From Pavona decussata (taxonomy: Eukaryota): a stretch of 64,000 nucleotides of DNA. The translations under genes and the position numbers were made by a program. The notes beneath the pieces were generated by a model that was not told where the DNA came from, did not search any database, and worked only from the letters and a program-made list of their open reading frames with translations. Positions within the stretch are counted from its first letter, which is position 1; every line of letters starts with the position of its first letter. Shown here piece by piece: positions 37,301 to 52,100 of this stretch. The stretch is taken from NCBI GenBank assembly GCA_977016875.1, contig CDRNST010000104.1, forward strand, positions 4,278,001 through 4,342,000. The letters run 5' to 3'.

Positions 37301-40300
37301 CTTTCCTCAGTTTCTCATTTTCTGTTATCATCCTAGTTGTATTCGCCTGACCACTCATTCCGCGTGAGGACTGGGCTCCAGTCTTGTCACTGACCTTTGC
37401 TTTTTCCAGCTCATGCTGGTTTGAGAAAAGAAACTCGATAAGCGCACTTTCTTTGTTTGAGGGTGGGGTGGAGGAGGAGGTTAAAAAATGCAACGAAGTC
37501 AAATGTAACTAAGCGGAAAGTTTCCAAAAAAGGCAATCCGTTTTACTCGGCAAGAAGGAAACAAACAACAACAAAGCTTTGATAGATTCCAATCACTTCA
37601 AAACTGTCCGACTTTTAGTTAACCTGCAAGTGGGCAACGTGATTTCTTTCCCTGAAAATTTTCCATCGTCTCAACTGATACTCTGCAACAAATACTTGAA
37701 TTTAAAGGATACCTCAGCCTCCATAGTTGTCGAAACCTGGGCTCTTAATGGACAATCCAAGAGAGAAGAAGGACTACTCGAGAAATTAGTACAAAGTTCT
37801 CTGTTCGCACTTTAGAATTGAGCTCTCTCGAGTAAAAATGAAGGAAGATGCAGTAAGATCTGTCATTATCGTCTTGGGCAAGACAGAGGTCAGTCGGATG
37901 ACCTAAGCCACAAGTGTTTTTTTCGTTCGCCTGATCACCCAAACCAAGACGGAAGTTGAAAACAATGCACATCTTGAAGAGTTAAAGACCGTTTATTTAA
38001 CTTATTTGCAGCTGGTGCATAGCTGAATTAAAGAGTTAAAATGCAATAACTACTATATAAAGATACTTAAAATAAAATTACTATATTATAAATACAATTA
38101 TAAAGCTATAAAACTAGTGTTCAAATCCAACTAAAATTTAAAGGTCACGAAATCTTGTAAGCGTCGTGTTCTACATGTCAGACGATCGCCAAAATAGAAC
38201 CTTTTTACAAGCATTGTCTGACCTGGGATTGTAACTGTGGGCAACAGGCTCCTCCCTAGATAATAAACAACTCATGGGATGATTACCACGTCTGAGCCTA
38301 TTTCCATAGGCTCGACAAGCATTGTTCCACCTTTCATGCAGTGCGCTTACCTTGAGTCTTCTGTTCTCCTTGATAACCTCACCATATTGAGGTCCCCCCG
38401 CACCAACAGTCTTTTTTAACTGATCATTTTCACCCTGAAGTCTTTCCACAACTCGCCTCATGGCTGCGATCACTCGTTCCAGGTCTTCCACGCTCTGTCC
38501 TCCCATACCAGAGCCCAGGCTCTTCTGGTGAAACCAGAAACACGTCATTTAGTAAAACCAGTGAAAAACAAACAACATCACTTGAAAGTGCTAATCAACA
38601 ATATCCATCTGAAAGGATTTCATCTAGACGTTCAAATATTGCAACCACTCTGCAGGGATATCACCAGGAACAAAACTCTAAACAACTTTTATACAGACCT
38701 CCCACACGGGAAGGCAAAGCTCAAAAGCTAACATTTTTTAGTCAGACTTTAGCATTTCGCCCACAGACTCAAAAATATAGATCCACCTTCGCTCTAAAGC
38801 AAAACAATACAGTTGCCTACTGCTAAACAACTCCGTTACAAATCAAACCAGTGCTCTGACTCAAACGTACCTTGCGAGCTTTCTCTCTCTTTTTGCTGGC
38901 TTCGAGTTCCGCTTTTAGAATTTCCACATATTCTTGTAAATCCTCTACTCGAGCCTGGAACGGCAAACAAAAGGTCATTTCATCTGGTAACAAAATAAGT
39001 CCCTGAACGTGTAATCAACATCAGACTGTAAGGGCCCTACACCTGGCCCAGAGCTGGCCTGTTGCATTTTTAAACACAAGATGCATAAATGGTCAAAACA
39101 GCCCAACAAAATAAAATGGTGGAGTTATGGCAAAGAGTTAGTGGAAGGGGAGGGTAACATCTCTCGTAGAAACCAACCAACCTTTACAGGTGTGTGTGAA
39201 AACATTGTTCTGCAACATTACCTTAAGCCGAGGGTTTTCCTTTCTGGCTTGTTCGTAATCGAAACGCAACTCCATATTTTCCTACCAGTGGGGAGAATGA
39301 TCCATTCATTAATAGCTTCTGCTACAAAATACGTTTATATTTTAAGCGTTCAATAACCATCACCTGCTGGTAGTAACGAACAGGTGAAGGACAGAAGGGT
39401 TCTAACAGAGACACATTCACGGAATGAGAATAGTTCTTTCTATGAAGGCTAACGATCAACCAATCTTAAAAAAAACAAAAGATCCACGATGGTAGCAATC
39501 ACACGGAAACGTGAAATGTGGTGTTTCAGTGATTCAATGCACTGCGGACATCTGCACAGAAATGTTATTTTATTTGAGTGCCAAAGTGAAGACTTCTGCC
39601 ATACAATTCCTCGGGCTGCTAGCCCTGTGAAGGAAATTTGGTTCGCCGAGATGGATTTGAACCCACATCCTCTGGATTACATCAACAGCGCTCTTTCTGC
39701 ATAGCCGGCTGGTTTGCATATGAGCTGGCGCCGACGATTGCTCAGACTTTTAAACAGCAGTAACCTTTGGCGATCATGTGGAAAAACAACCTTAACTTTT
39801 TGAAAATAAAAAACATGTACCCTTCTGTGTTGCAATCTTTTTAGTAGATAAGCCAAAAATGTGAACTTGGAGAATGACCCTGCTCACCGCGAGTCTCCCA
39901 GTAGCTCGTGTGGTAAGACCATCCGACAAGCGATCAGAATTTTTGCACTGTAGTCCCGAGCTCTTGTAAAATACAATTTTACGACCAGTGCTAGGCTTAA
40001 ACAAAAGGGTGTTCGCCTGTCTTTGTTTTGTTTTATTTTGTTTTTTTTTTTGGAAAATATATCAAAATCTCTTGCATGCTCGAAACTGTAGGTACATCCC
40101 TCCGCCAAGCCCGGATTTTACCCCTCGTTAGATAAGAACACTGCATCTGCTAACCTCCTTGGCTTCCAACAGTTGTTTCTGAAGAGACTGGTTTCTTTGA
40201 TATAACTCACGATACATGTCTGCGTCGGCCTTGTCAACAGAACGCTGAAAGAAAAAAAATCAAACAAAACAAACAAACAAACAAACAATCGAAATTGGAC

Positions 40301-43143
40301 ACCAGTTACGAATTTGTACATTCGTATTTCATAATGGTTTTCTGAATCACGTCTCAATGCGCCATCCTTCTTTGGTTGGTTGATGGTTGATTCAGGTGAT
40401 TTGAACTCACGTTTAAAGAACAGTCTTGTGGGTCTGTATGAAAGCTACTACACTGCTTTATTCTGATGCTGTTTGTTATGCTGTGCAAGGTGTCTCTGTG
40501 AATGAAACCCTATTACTTTCCCTTGGTATGACAATACTTTACTGACTATGACCCCAAAGTTTCAACCTTTTGTTAAGGTAATCCTCATCTCTGACATTTT
40601 AGTCTGTGGATGAAATCCTAAAAGTTTATGAAAGATACGACGTTTTTTAAAGTAAACATGTTTCCGATGAAACTTCATCGATCTTCAGTACAGAGGGAAT
40701 GAGATGAACGTAGGATACACATGAAGCGAACGAAAGTTCTTTAGGAAATTCACATCCAACTGCGCCTTCGTAGAGATCTTCTCTAGATGACGAAAATCCG
40801 AAACCGATAACTTTCGATCACATTTAGCTGACCATTCATTGCACGGTGAAGTAATTTTCTGTGGTGTTGTTTATGACTCTGACCAAGGTTAGGTGTGACT
40901 CTACAGTACCTGTTCAGCCATACGGCCAGCAAGGTCTCGTTCCAGGCCTTCAATGTACCCGGTTAGCTGCCTGTTCCTTAGTTCCAGGGCCTCCATTTGC
41001 TTGTCATGACCTAGAACTTTTTGCCGCCTTAACTCCTGGTTCTAACACGACAAGAAAGACGAATAAAGGATCTAAGCAGTTATCACGAAAGCATGCTACA
41101 AGGTGAAATAGCGCTTTAAAGGCAACGAAAATCCTTTTGTTGCCTTATTCCAGTGAGCAAATTCAAAATGCTGCAATAATGCATTTTTTCTAAAAAAAAT
41201 CTTCCAAACAACCAGCTTAATTACTTGCCAGACAGAAGAATAAACGTCAGCTTGTTGCCATAGAGATACCATGCAGCAACAGCTGCTTCTTTTGAAGCGA
41301 CCGGACTTACATAATTGTCTAATATGACCAGGACAACACTTGTTTTTATCCATTTTCATTTCATTGTACCTCTTCTTCCAACTTGAATATGTTGTGCTTA
41401 AGGTCCTGTACAACTTCGTTCGTGACAAGAGGCGGTCCACCAACCACTGGTTTGGCAGAGCTGAAATAGACAACGTAAATACATGGATGTAGCACCGCGA
41501 ATACGATGCAAATAAGCGAGACGAAAGATCCTGTAATTGTTGATTCTCCTTTTTCTCTTCATTTGCCTTTCTAATGACATATTTTTTACGGAACAAAGCA
41601 TCTCAACAACACTTGATCTTTAAATTTTTCCTTCAAATGAAAGTTCAGGCAAATCAATGCATCCATTATGACTTTACATCCAGTGTCGGTGATATGAAGC
41701 AACTCAGAATATTACTGCTTTCCCCGCCGTAGATGGGATACTAATTGATCGTAACATTACTCGCTGACAAACAGATCGCACAAAACGCTGGTCGCATTTC
41801 ACGGGTCACTAATATGTAAACGAAGTAGAAAAGGTCTCCTAGCTCTAAATTCTACGCCAGATCTTTTGGGATAGCGTTTCGGGCTAACACACACTGCATG
41901 TCTAGCTTGTATGAACGTCGGAGCTACAGTGAGCAGCGCTTGTGACTTGTGTTTCGAATCAGTCGGAATGTATCCTACCTCGGCTACCACCCAGTTACAC
42001 ATTATATGCTACCGACAACACGGAAGCAGAGGTCAGAACCGACAACTTAGCGATGTAAAGCCCAAAGCGTCAGCCATTTAACCACAGCAACTGCTAACAA
42101 TTCAGTCTAAACACAGTTGAACGGAAACTACGAGAACTGTAGCAAACACAACGCACCTTTTCAATCTACTATGAAGCCCCGCCTTATCTTTTTCAGCCCT
42201 ATTGACCGCCTCTCTCAGCATGGCGATGGTCTTTTCTGCTTTTTCCTGTTCGCGTGTTTTCTCAGCTAGTTTTCCTCTTAGTGTCTCTACTTTCTGTTGC
42301 CATTTCTTGTTATCTTCCCAGCGAGCCACACCTTCACTCACAACAGTGGCCTGGTCGTTTTAGGTTAAAAAAAAGTTTATTGTTATTCCTAGGCTACTGT
42401 TAAAAAAAACAATACTTAGGAAACATCTTCACTTAGCAACGCTTCATGAATATGGCCCCAGGCGAGTGGCGCTTTTACGAAACTACTTAAGAGTACGATA
42501 ATGATGTGTTATTCGGTAAAGCCTGGTTCACAATTGTGACATAACGACATAACGACATAATGACATAACGACATAATCGCTTATGTCGGAAATGTGAACA
42601 CTGACATAAAGACATAAGGTTAGGTGAAAAGAATACTTTAAAAATGGCGGAACAAACACTTGTTGCCTTTGAGATGATTTAATTTGTTTCTTCGGCGAAG
42701 GCGTCGTCGACGACAACAAAGGGAAAAAATTGCTAGAAGAAAAGATTGTTTTCGTCCAGTATTTCAGGAAGAAGCTAGAAGAGCATCTACACGTCTTTTA
42801 TCATACAATATTGGATAAGTTCGAATCGCTTCAGCAAGTTCTTCTTCATCTACACGAGCCGCACCAGGGTTGCTCCGTCATATCTTCCAACTCCACAGTA
42901 GCCGCCATATTGAAAATAGTGCTGGTGGCGAACTGGGTTCGACAAGTTTTGCCGTTCTCTGATTGGTGGTTTGTTGTGTCGTTATGTCGAAGTTGTTCAC
43001 ACTTGTATGACAGCAACATAACGACATAAAGAAAAGATCAGTTTTTTCCTTATGTCGTTATGTCGATGTCGTTATGTTGCCAATATGTCATTATGTTTAC
43101 ATGTTCACACTGCTAACATAACGACATAACATCCTTCTTATGT

Positions 43144-43182
<39 letters not shown>

Positions 43183-46100
43183 AGACATAGGTACACTCAT
43201 AAAAAAAGAAATCCGAGTTCTCTCCTTCTCATGTATTTACCAGGCTTCAAAAACTCATTAATAATTCATGAGCCCATTGACCTATCAAATGGTCGATAAA
43301 ACATCATGTGCAGTGGTTTTAAAAAGCGATAAAACCTTCTCCTTATTAGTATGCGGTGTTTACTGTTTTTCTTGTATGCTTATTTCCAACGTTCACAAAA
43401 GCATCATTGTTATGAACTCTCTTGACACACGCTTTTCCAGGAATGTTTATGAAGCCGTTCAAAAAACTCGCAGCACGTGTTTTATCGTGTCTACAACCAC
43501 TCGACTGCGCCTCGTGGTTTTAAATCCCGATAAAAAAAAAACACTGCTGCTCGTGTTTTAAACATTACCTAAAATATACCATCACATTTACTCCAATACT
43601 TAGGGTACAGCTTAAGTTAGTGCTTTTTCACGAAAAATATTTAACTTAACTTGGCAGGACATCATGAATCTATTCCTAGACCAGTAGGAATCTCACGAAC
43701 TATGCTTTGCATGCATTTTAAATTAAGAGAGCTTCCTGAATACGGCCCCTGATGATTTACAAAGCAAAAGATAGCTTTGATCCTGGTGTCTGTAGGTGCA
43801 ATCCCCAAACAACAGCTCAAGCGAGGAACTTTCTATATGTACCATTTGTTTCCCATTTATTTGAAACAGAAATCTTGTCAAAAAAAAAGAAAGAAAAGTA
43901 TGTGAGCTCAAACTGAGAAGTTTTGGATGAGTCTCTGTGTTACTAAAACAGTTTCAAGCCTTTTTTGAAAGTGAAGTATGTGGAGACTGGTCGGTGCTGT
44001 GTGTCTGTTTGAGTGTGTGACATCTGGGAAACCGATTCACCTAATTGCACCTGGAACTTTTTAAGTATATCGCAAAGTGATTTAGTAAACAGATAGACTC
44101 ACAAAAAACATATCAGTTTTGAACTCTCAAAGTTGAAACCTTGGGTCAGTTATTAAAAGACAGTTTAGACGGTGTTTAACAAAACCACGTTCTAAGCCAT
44201 TTTCAATTATGCCAACAGTCATACTTAGACATTGTCTGCTGCTGGCGGTAACAAGAAGGCTTGCATTCCAGACTAGAAAACTAGTTATCTACTTAAAATT
44301 AACCACTTACAAACAGATTTAGAGGCCCACGGATTGTCTTAAGCCGCGGCCTAAAATAGACTCTGTTTGAATAACTGACCCTTTATCTCTAACGAGCTTT
44401 TCTTATTCTTTAGGTCGAACCGCTGTTAATCAGGTAGGTAAAGTGTTAAGCCTTACCCTGTCTTCCTTTATGACTTCCTCCACCACAGGTTTCTCGGTAC
44501 CAGGCCCATCTTCACCGTCCTCCTCGCTCTTCTGCCTTTGTTGCTTTAATTTTTCTTGAAGAGCTTTAACCTTTTGTCGCAGTTTTTCTGCTTCTGTACG
44601 TTCTTGAGCGTGCTAAAAACAAAAGACGACCGAACGATTTAAGATCTAACCCTATTATTTCTGCTTAGAGTTCTTTTATTTCACATGGAAGCAGCATTGA
44701 GATCTCTGGCATAAGGAAAAAAACTATTTCAAAAGCGGAGATTAAAGGAAACAATTTGTACACGAGATGGCCGATGCTCAATAGACCGAGAGACTACCTA
44801 TTAAAAAAGGTGCACGAAACAGCTAAGGTTTAAGCCTCTTCAACGTTGCACAGACGCATGGGTTTGAAATCAAGGTTAAGCTACATTTCTATTGGGGTAA
44901 CAGTGACTCCTGGTGACAACGGTAAAGACAATATGAGTAAAATTGCTTTTTTAAGGCAAAACATCTATAGGCTATTAATCATTGTCTACAAAACAACTAG
45001 TGCCAACGTCAACTACTTCACCATGGCTAAACAAAGCCTGTTACCGTATTCCTTTCCATTCTTAATTCTTGCTCCTTTTTCTCAAGTTGTTCTTGTACCG
45101 TCTCCAAATCCTTCAGTTCACTGCCAAGTTTCAACAGAGCAGAATCTTTTTTGGAGAGATCCTGCCAAAAAATAAAACGAAGAAGAAGAAGAAGATAGAG
45201 ATAAGGATAGGCCCATGTTCAATTCAACGAACGGAACGAGCCAGAGGGGAGTAACAACTTCCCCTGGATGGATCTTTTAGGTTTGCCTGGTCGTCATTTT
45301 GTGGTTTACTCACTTTTTAAGGACAAAACAAGAAAGCAGAAAAGAGATTTACCATCAGAAAGCAAATAAATAAAACACAACACACAACAAATAAAAGCCG
45401 GAGATTAGTGCAGTGAACACAACATCTGCAGACGACATTCAGACCCCGTGCGATGGATGATCAACGAACAGAGTTGCAGATATGAGTTGTACCTGCTTTA
45501 ACTTATCCTTTTCTTCCAATAGAGTTGATTCCTTGTCTTTTTGTTTCTTGAGCTCTCTTTTGAGCTTCTCCATTCTTTCTTGTAGCTCCTCTATACGCGC
45601 CTAGAAACCAGAAATTGGAAACAACAAGTAGTAAGGCAAATAGATAAATAAATAAAAATATGTATTTTAAATAAGTATTTTTATAGTGAAAATGCACATA
45701 GTTACCCAAAGATAGTTTATAGGCAATTCACTCAGAAATAACGTGAAGCAAATAACAATTAAATTAAACATAACAGGTTAAAAGTCCCAACTGGCAGGAG
45801 GCAAACCAGCTGGCTGTATACAAGAATGGCCGAGGACGGGGCTTGAACCCAGGACCTCAAGTCTGGAGCTCTAAATTGCTGGGCCGAGCTTCCTCCGTAC
45901 ATTTCACAGTCTAACACTGATGTTAATTAGTAAGGCCTGGACAAAAAAAAACACACACACTGGAGTGAGGCAAGGAGCCTGAGTACGAAAGTATAAATTT
46001 CTTAACTACATGACAAGGCAAACCTGTAGTCCAGCGGTCTCTTTGTCTACAATGTGCTGTACATTAGCTTGCTGTTCGGCTTTCCTAGCGTGAGCCTGAA

Positions 46101-49100
46101 AAATAAAGAACGTCAAACACGGGCCACAAGACTGGACGTGAAATATATCCATTGGCATATTTTTTAACTGCATGAGGGAATTAATTAATGACACGTAGTT
46201 GCGAATAGAAAGGCTGAATAATATTCAGGCTTCAACGCACATAACTTTCATGGTCTCTGTCATATCAGAAATCAAAAGGGGTTGAATTGGAGATCAAAGG
46301 TTTGGGAATCAGAATGCACGGGATCGGAGCAGTAGGCTTTTTTTCTTTTCTTTTTCTTTTGTTTGTTTGTTTGTTTGTTTTTTCACTCATTCTTTCGCAA
46401 GGCGATTCAACGTGCTTTCTGAATTATGGCAGGCAATCAAATAGATTGGAAACAGAAATCGTAAGAGAAAGTTGTGAAAATGTTTCAGTCGGGAATCGAG
46501 CCGGGATTTTTTGCGCTCCCGTTGCGTCTTTTGATAAAAACAGGCCTCTATATAGATACCTTAATCACAGAGTTTTTAACAAGCTACCACTGCTTCTTGG
46601 AAAGTTTGGTTGTATAGCTATCTCTTAAACCTTTTTATGTCTCATCTCTGGAGTTGTCAGGAACATAACATAACAGCGATTTGATGCTAACAGCCAAGCT
46701 TATTTCCTTACAAAAAGAAACACAGACTCGTAAAATTATTCTTTTTTCGCAAGGAAGGTGCTACAGGAAAACATCTATAAGATTGACACTACTAACATAA
46801 AGATGAAGTTGATCTACCTGAACATTTTCCTCTGCTGTCGATACCATATCAGCTCTGAGTTGAAGGAGAGCTTGACTTAACGACTGAAAAATAAGAAGTA
46901 AGCACTTGTTCTTAAAAAAAATATAGTAATAAAACTGAGATGGGTCAGGAGTAACATAACTAGACTTCCATTGTGTAAGACGCGGAAAGTGGTAAGTAAA
47001 GGTTTCAATCTGCAGATGGGAGCAGAATGCTACATTCCCAAAACGAAATACGTGACAACCACGCCTTCCAGTCTCAGTGTAAGTTATAGAAGATTTGGAG
47101 AGTCGAGGGTATCTGTTTTAACAGGCTTAACTGTGTACCGTGGCTATTCCAGTACAATCCACATTACCTTCTGCTGTTTCTCTTTAAGAGCCAGCTGGTT
47201 ACGAAGTCTTTCCACCAAATGTTTCATGGTTTTACTGGGGGCCCGTTGAGCTTCTTCCCTTGCTGTGTCGAGTTCATCCTTTAATACTTCAATCTATAGT
47301 AAAGAGAACAACAAAATACTGTGAGAAATACTATGAAACAAATATCTCAAAAACAGCCAAGAGGCTAGCCAGCTGCTTGTCTAGTAAGGATAGAAAGTCT
47401 AAAAGCAAGCTCGTGCTAAGTTGTAGTCCATCCTTAGTACTTTACCTACCGTCTTTTCCCATGAGCTGTAAAACTTTTCAGGCTACAAGATTATAAATTT
47501 TCCAGATGCAGGTAATACTACTGCTACTAAACTGAACGCCTCTTCAATGCCCAAAAAGCCGAACCGTTAGTAACAGATAATAGAGCACAAATTCATGATA
47601 TACTCCTTACAATGTTCGATGCCATATCAATGACATATAAAAGCAAAACAAAAGAACATTAAAAGAGCGACTTATCACAGGTGACAAGGACGAAAAATGG
47701 ATTAATTAGCCCTTGAGATTGTCAGACCAACATTAACTAGTTCTTCCCTTGTGCTTAAGGTTTGCCTCTCCTTGGAGAATTAACTTCCTATATTCCTTTT
47801 GTGCTCCAGGTTAATTTCGAGAATGACTAAAGGTGCTTATTCAACGTTTTAGTACAGTAGTGACCAAGAAGACAAGAAAGCCTTCGAGACATGGTACGCA
47901 AACAAAGCACCACGTTTATGTGTATCTCAGTTTAAGCTCGAGTTTTCGTGTGGTGTTGTTTCACTGGCGCTTGGGTGGAACTGCTAGCGAAATTATAAAT
48001 AAATTATGACGAAGCAAACTACCGTACATGCACGACAATGGTAAAAACTGACCTCTTTACTCTGCTCCATTATTCTGTCGTCTCGTTCCATTTTTTCACT
48101 GGTGAGTTTCTTTGTTTCATTTGAGTGTTCCTCTTCTTTTCTGATCAAGAGAAATAAGGCAACAAAAGGTTTCGTTATTAGTTCACCTGACTGGTGTTAG
48201 CCACACCGCTCACTTAGCTGGTCGCGATGGAACCAATCCTCCACCATCACCCCGGACAACAACAACAAATTTACTGTCAACAACATTGTAGAAGTATGTT
48301 TAAAGAAAATATTTGTAATTCTACGAAGAATGGTATATTAATTTTAATGACCTGGCCATTTGTTGTTTGAGATTGTTCACTTGCTCTTCATGTTCTTTCT
48401 TCATTTTACTGATTTCATTTCGTGACTTCTTGTATTTCTCTGCTGCAACAGCTATAGCGTTATCCTGCTCTGCTACCATCTCCTCTAACTCGGACAAACG
48501 TGACAACTGAAAGAAGCGATACACACAATGTTCAACACTGAATACACGATTGGTACAAGAACTTTTTTTCACCAGAATAAGAAACGGATATGTAGAAATA
48601 CGTTTTTGATATGTAAAAATCATATTTTTGCAAATTACCACGTCATACTGTGAATTCAATACCATATTCCTGTGTCACAAATCTTCCACGAACTCAGTGC
48701 TTTTTTTTTTTCTATTCAATGATGTGAAGGGACGTTTTGTGTTTGTTTGTTTGTTTGTTTGTTTGTTTGTTTGTTCGCAAGGTGAGCCAAATTTGTGTAG
48801 TGCCAGTCTGCGAAACCAGCAGCTCAGGTTTTAACCCTGGGCTGGACAAAAAGAAAAAAGATTCTGTCTATGCTATGACATTGGTAGAAGGTTAGACCTG
48901 GAAGTGTTTCAGATGACAGCTAGAAATGGTGGTCCTGTCTCCAACACGCAGAGAAAAGAACACGGATGACGTAACAAACCCTGCGTGTGACCACCCTCAG
49001 TATCATTCTATTCGGGTGGATAGGTGATATCGTTAAGGGTCAGGTCGCATAGGAGCCACAGGTTACCCACACAACCGAAGTTTAACCCGATTTCTGTAGC

Positions 49101-52100
49101 ACGAGGCAACCAGGAGCAAAGCTACTACCGCCCTGGATGAGATGATAGTCCAGCATGTCGCTCGTACCCATTTGTACATCTGGGTGAAGAGAAGCAATAT
49201 GGAGTAATGAAATAATGTGTAATAATGTGTCAAATGAAACAAAATGACTACTGAGGCTAGTCCAATCAAATAAGTAACCACCGACCATCAGATGTGGCCC
49301 CGGTTGTTCAGAGAATGGATAACTTTATCCAGTGGATAAATCGCTATCCAGCGGATAAAATGTATTGAGTGGAGTTTATTTTATCTGCTGGACAGCGATT
49401 TATCCGCTGGATAGAGTAATCCACCATTTGAACAACCAGGGCCTGATCTCAAAAGTGATAACCACTACACCATCTAAAGCTGATGTCCTATTTCATTCTC
49501 ACCAATAGACTTTTTTTGTCTTTTTTCCTTCCGCGATTTGCTTACAATATTGACACGTTCATCATTATCACAATCATTACAAACCTGTCTGTGGGTAGGG
49601 ACTGGAGGACCCTCAGCACTCACTGAGTCCTGATAAACAAAGAAAAAAGCAAACAGATAAAATGATGTAGCAATGATAAATTGATTTTAAAGATCTTTTT
49701 TCGAATTCATGTTTTATTCAACCAACACAGATGTGATGACTACTTACTGAAGACACAAAAATAAGCTCACACTACAAAATGTTAACCATCCCAATAAATC
49801 ATATCCCGAGGTACTCCCACAAAGAANNNNNNNNNNNNNNNNNNNNNNNNNNNNNNNNNNNNNNNNNNNNNNNNNNNNNNNNNNNNNNNNNNNNNNNNNN
49901 NNNNNNNNNNNNNNNNNNNNNNNNNNNNNNNNNNNNNNNNNNNNNNNNNNNNNNNNNNNNNTGAAGTAAAAGCCTAGAACACAACACATCACCAATCAAA
50001 ACCAGTCATAACACGCCCAGAATGTTGTTTACAGGAGGTCTCTTCAAGACGCATCCTTCATTCCTTTCACAAATGTAAGTTCGTGTGGAAATACGATACG
50101 TCTAGCTTTCAAACAGCTTCCATTTCAGTCAGAAACTTCACATGTGCCTTGCAGCGGGACGGGTTGCTAAGAAAAGTACATCCAAGATGGCGGCGACCAT
50201 ATGCCGAATTTGCACCTCTTTTGATATCAATTTTATTGGGATCGGCAGCTCTTTGAAAGCTAAAATTCTCCTCTTTAATAAAAAGAAAAGGGAGGGACCT
50301 TCGCATTTAACTAATAATATAATAATAATAGTTTATTTCTATACAGATTATTCCTAAAATGTCCACAAGCGCTTCACATCAAAATTCCCTTAAAAATTAA
50401 AAATATAACTAAAATAAATAAAAACTTTTCCCTAATTAATTTCAACAATAAGCCTTTCTTAAAAGGAAAGTCTTCAGGCCTTCCTTAAAGCAAACTACGG
50501 AGTTCTACATCCTTAGCTCTAGTGGAAGGGCATTCCAAAGCTGGGAGCACATAAAGAAAATGCCCTGAACCCGTGCGATTTTAAATTGTACGATTGTGTC
50601 TTCAGAAGTTGCATATTTCCCGATCTGAGGCTACGGCCAGGTATAAAAGTCTAAAAGTTCCTGAAGATAAACAGGTACCATACTATTCACTACTTTTTAT
50701 GTATACAGTAAGATCTTAAATTCTACTGACCATGTGAAAAGATTTCTTCCTTCTGAACGTCTCGTCAGTTTCTAAGTGTAATCTGTCCTGAAGAAGCTGA
50801 ATTTCTGCTTTGTGCTGCTCGGATTGTGTCTGCGCTTCCTGTTATCAACAAGAAAGAAAGTGAATAAATGAAGAAGCACTCCCAAGTTGACTTTCCAGGT
50901 GCCAGTTGGATGCACACGGAGGAAGAATAAGTGAGAAAAACAGCTAACGAATTGCTCTTTGGTCTCTGTGCGTGTTTTCCCATTCAAATCAAATCATTGT
51001 GGCATTTTCCACATCGTAAGATAAAATACCTCATCCCCTGAAAGTAACGATGTTGGAGGCTGCTAAATCCAGAAGGTATTTCTAGAACTTGTAAGTTTTA
51101 AAAACAGCGACCATCGCTTACTTTTTGATTTGTTTACTCATTTTATTTTTGTTTTGTTGTTGTTCTTGCTGACCAGGAAACCATTTCCTAACACTTGCAT
51201 TACTGTCACCATCTTATACCTTCAAGACATATGAGTGTTTTCCATTTGCCAAAACTAGCCAGCCAGACAGGCAAATCTGCAAATCGAATGCGTCATTTTG
51301 AAGGGATGGTGCTGCAAAATCTTGAAAAATAAACACTCCGAAAATGGTGCGCGCTATTTTGAAGAAATTTGAAGGACTAAGATAAAACTTGTCCTTCAAA
51401 TCGGTACATTCCGCATTCGAACCGATCGGTGTGGCCGGTCAGCTCTATCAAGTGGAAAGCGCATGTACATCTTACCTCTCGCGCCTCCTTCAACATCTCC
51501 TGGTATTTAGCCAGGGACTCTTCTTTCCGAGCCAGCATTTGCTGAAACAGAATATAAAGACAAATAATAAAAAAACAAAAACAAATAAGAAAACCATATC
51601 GTGCAACACATACACATCGAAATTAAAACAAAAATAAAATAAAAAGTGATTGGCCGGCTGGTACCAAAAGAGGTAGCACTCACGAAACCATTTCCTTACA
51701 TTTATTTCTTTGAATTTAAGCGCCTTACATGAATATCATGAAAATCATCGCATTGGAGAGAACCCTATACTTCTTTCTGGTTCATTATCGATCATTGTCA
51801 CGAGGAGACTTGGCAAAATTTTGGAATTTGAGACTTGCATCAAGTGCAAATCGTTGTGAAAACAGCTGAGAAACCACTGTTGCAAGTGAAGCAATCGCAT
51901 TCAAGTCTGCTAAGAGGTCCCAGTGGTTTCACACACAAGCATACCTGGAGACTGGAGACAGTTGCTTGTGCTACTTTCAGAGCTCGTTTGGACTCATAGT
52001 CCTCCTCTACTAACCCAGCGGCCTTCTTTGCCTCTGATGTGATCTCTTCACGATCAGACAGAGGAAGACGAAGGCGCAGCTCATTGATCAGCTAAAAAGA

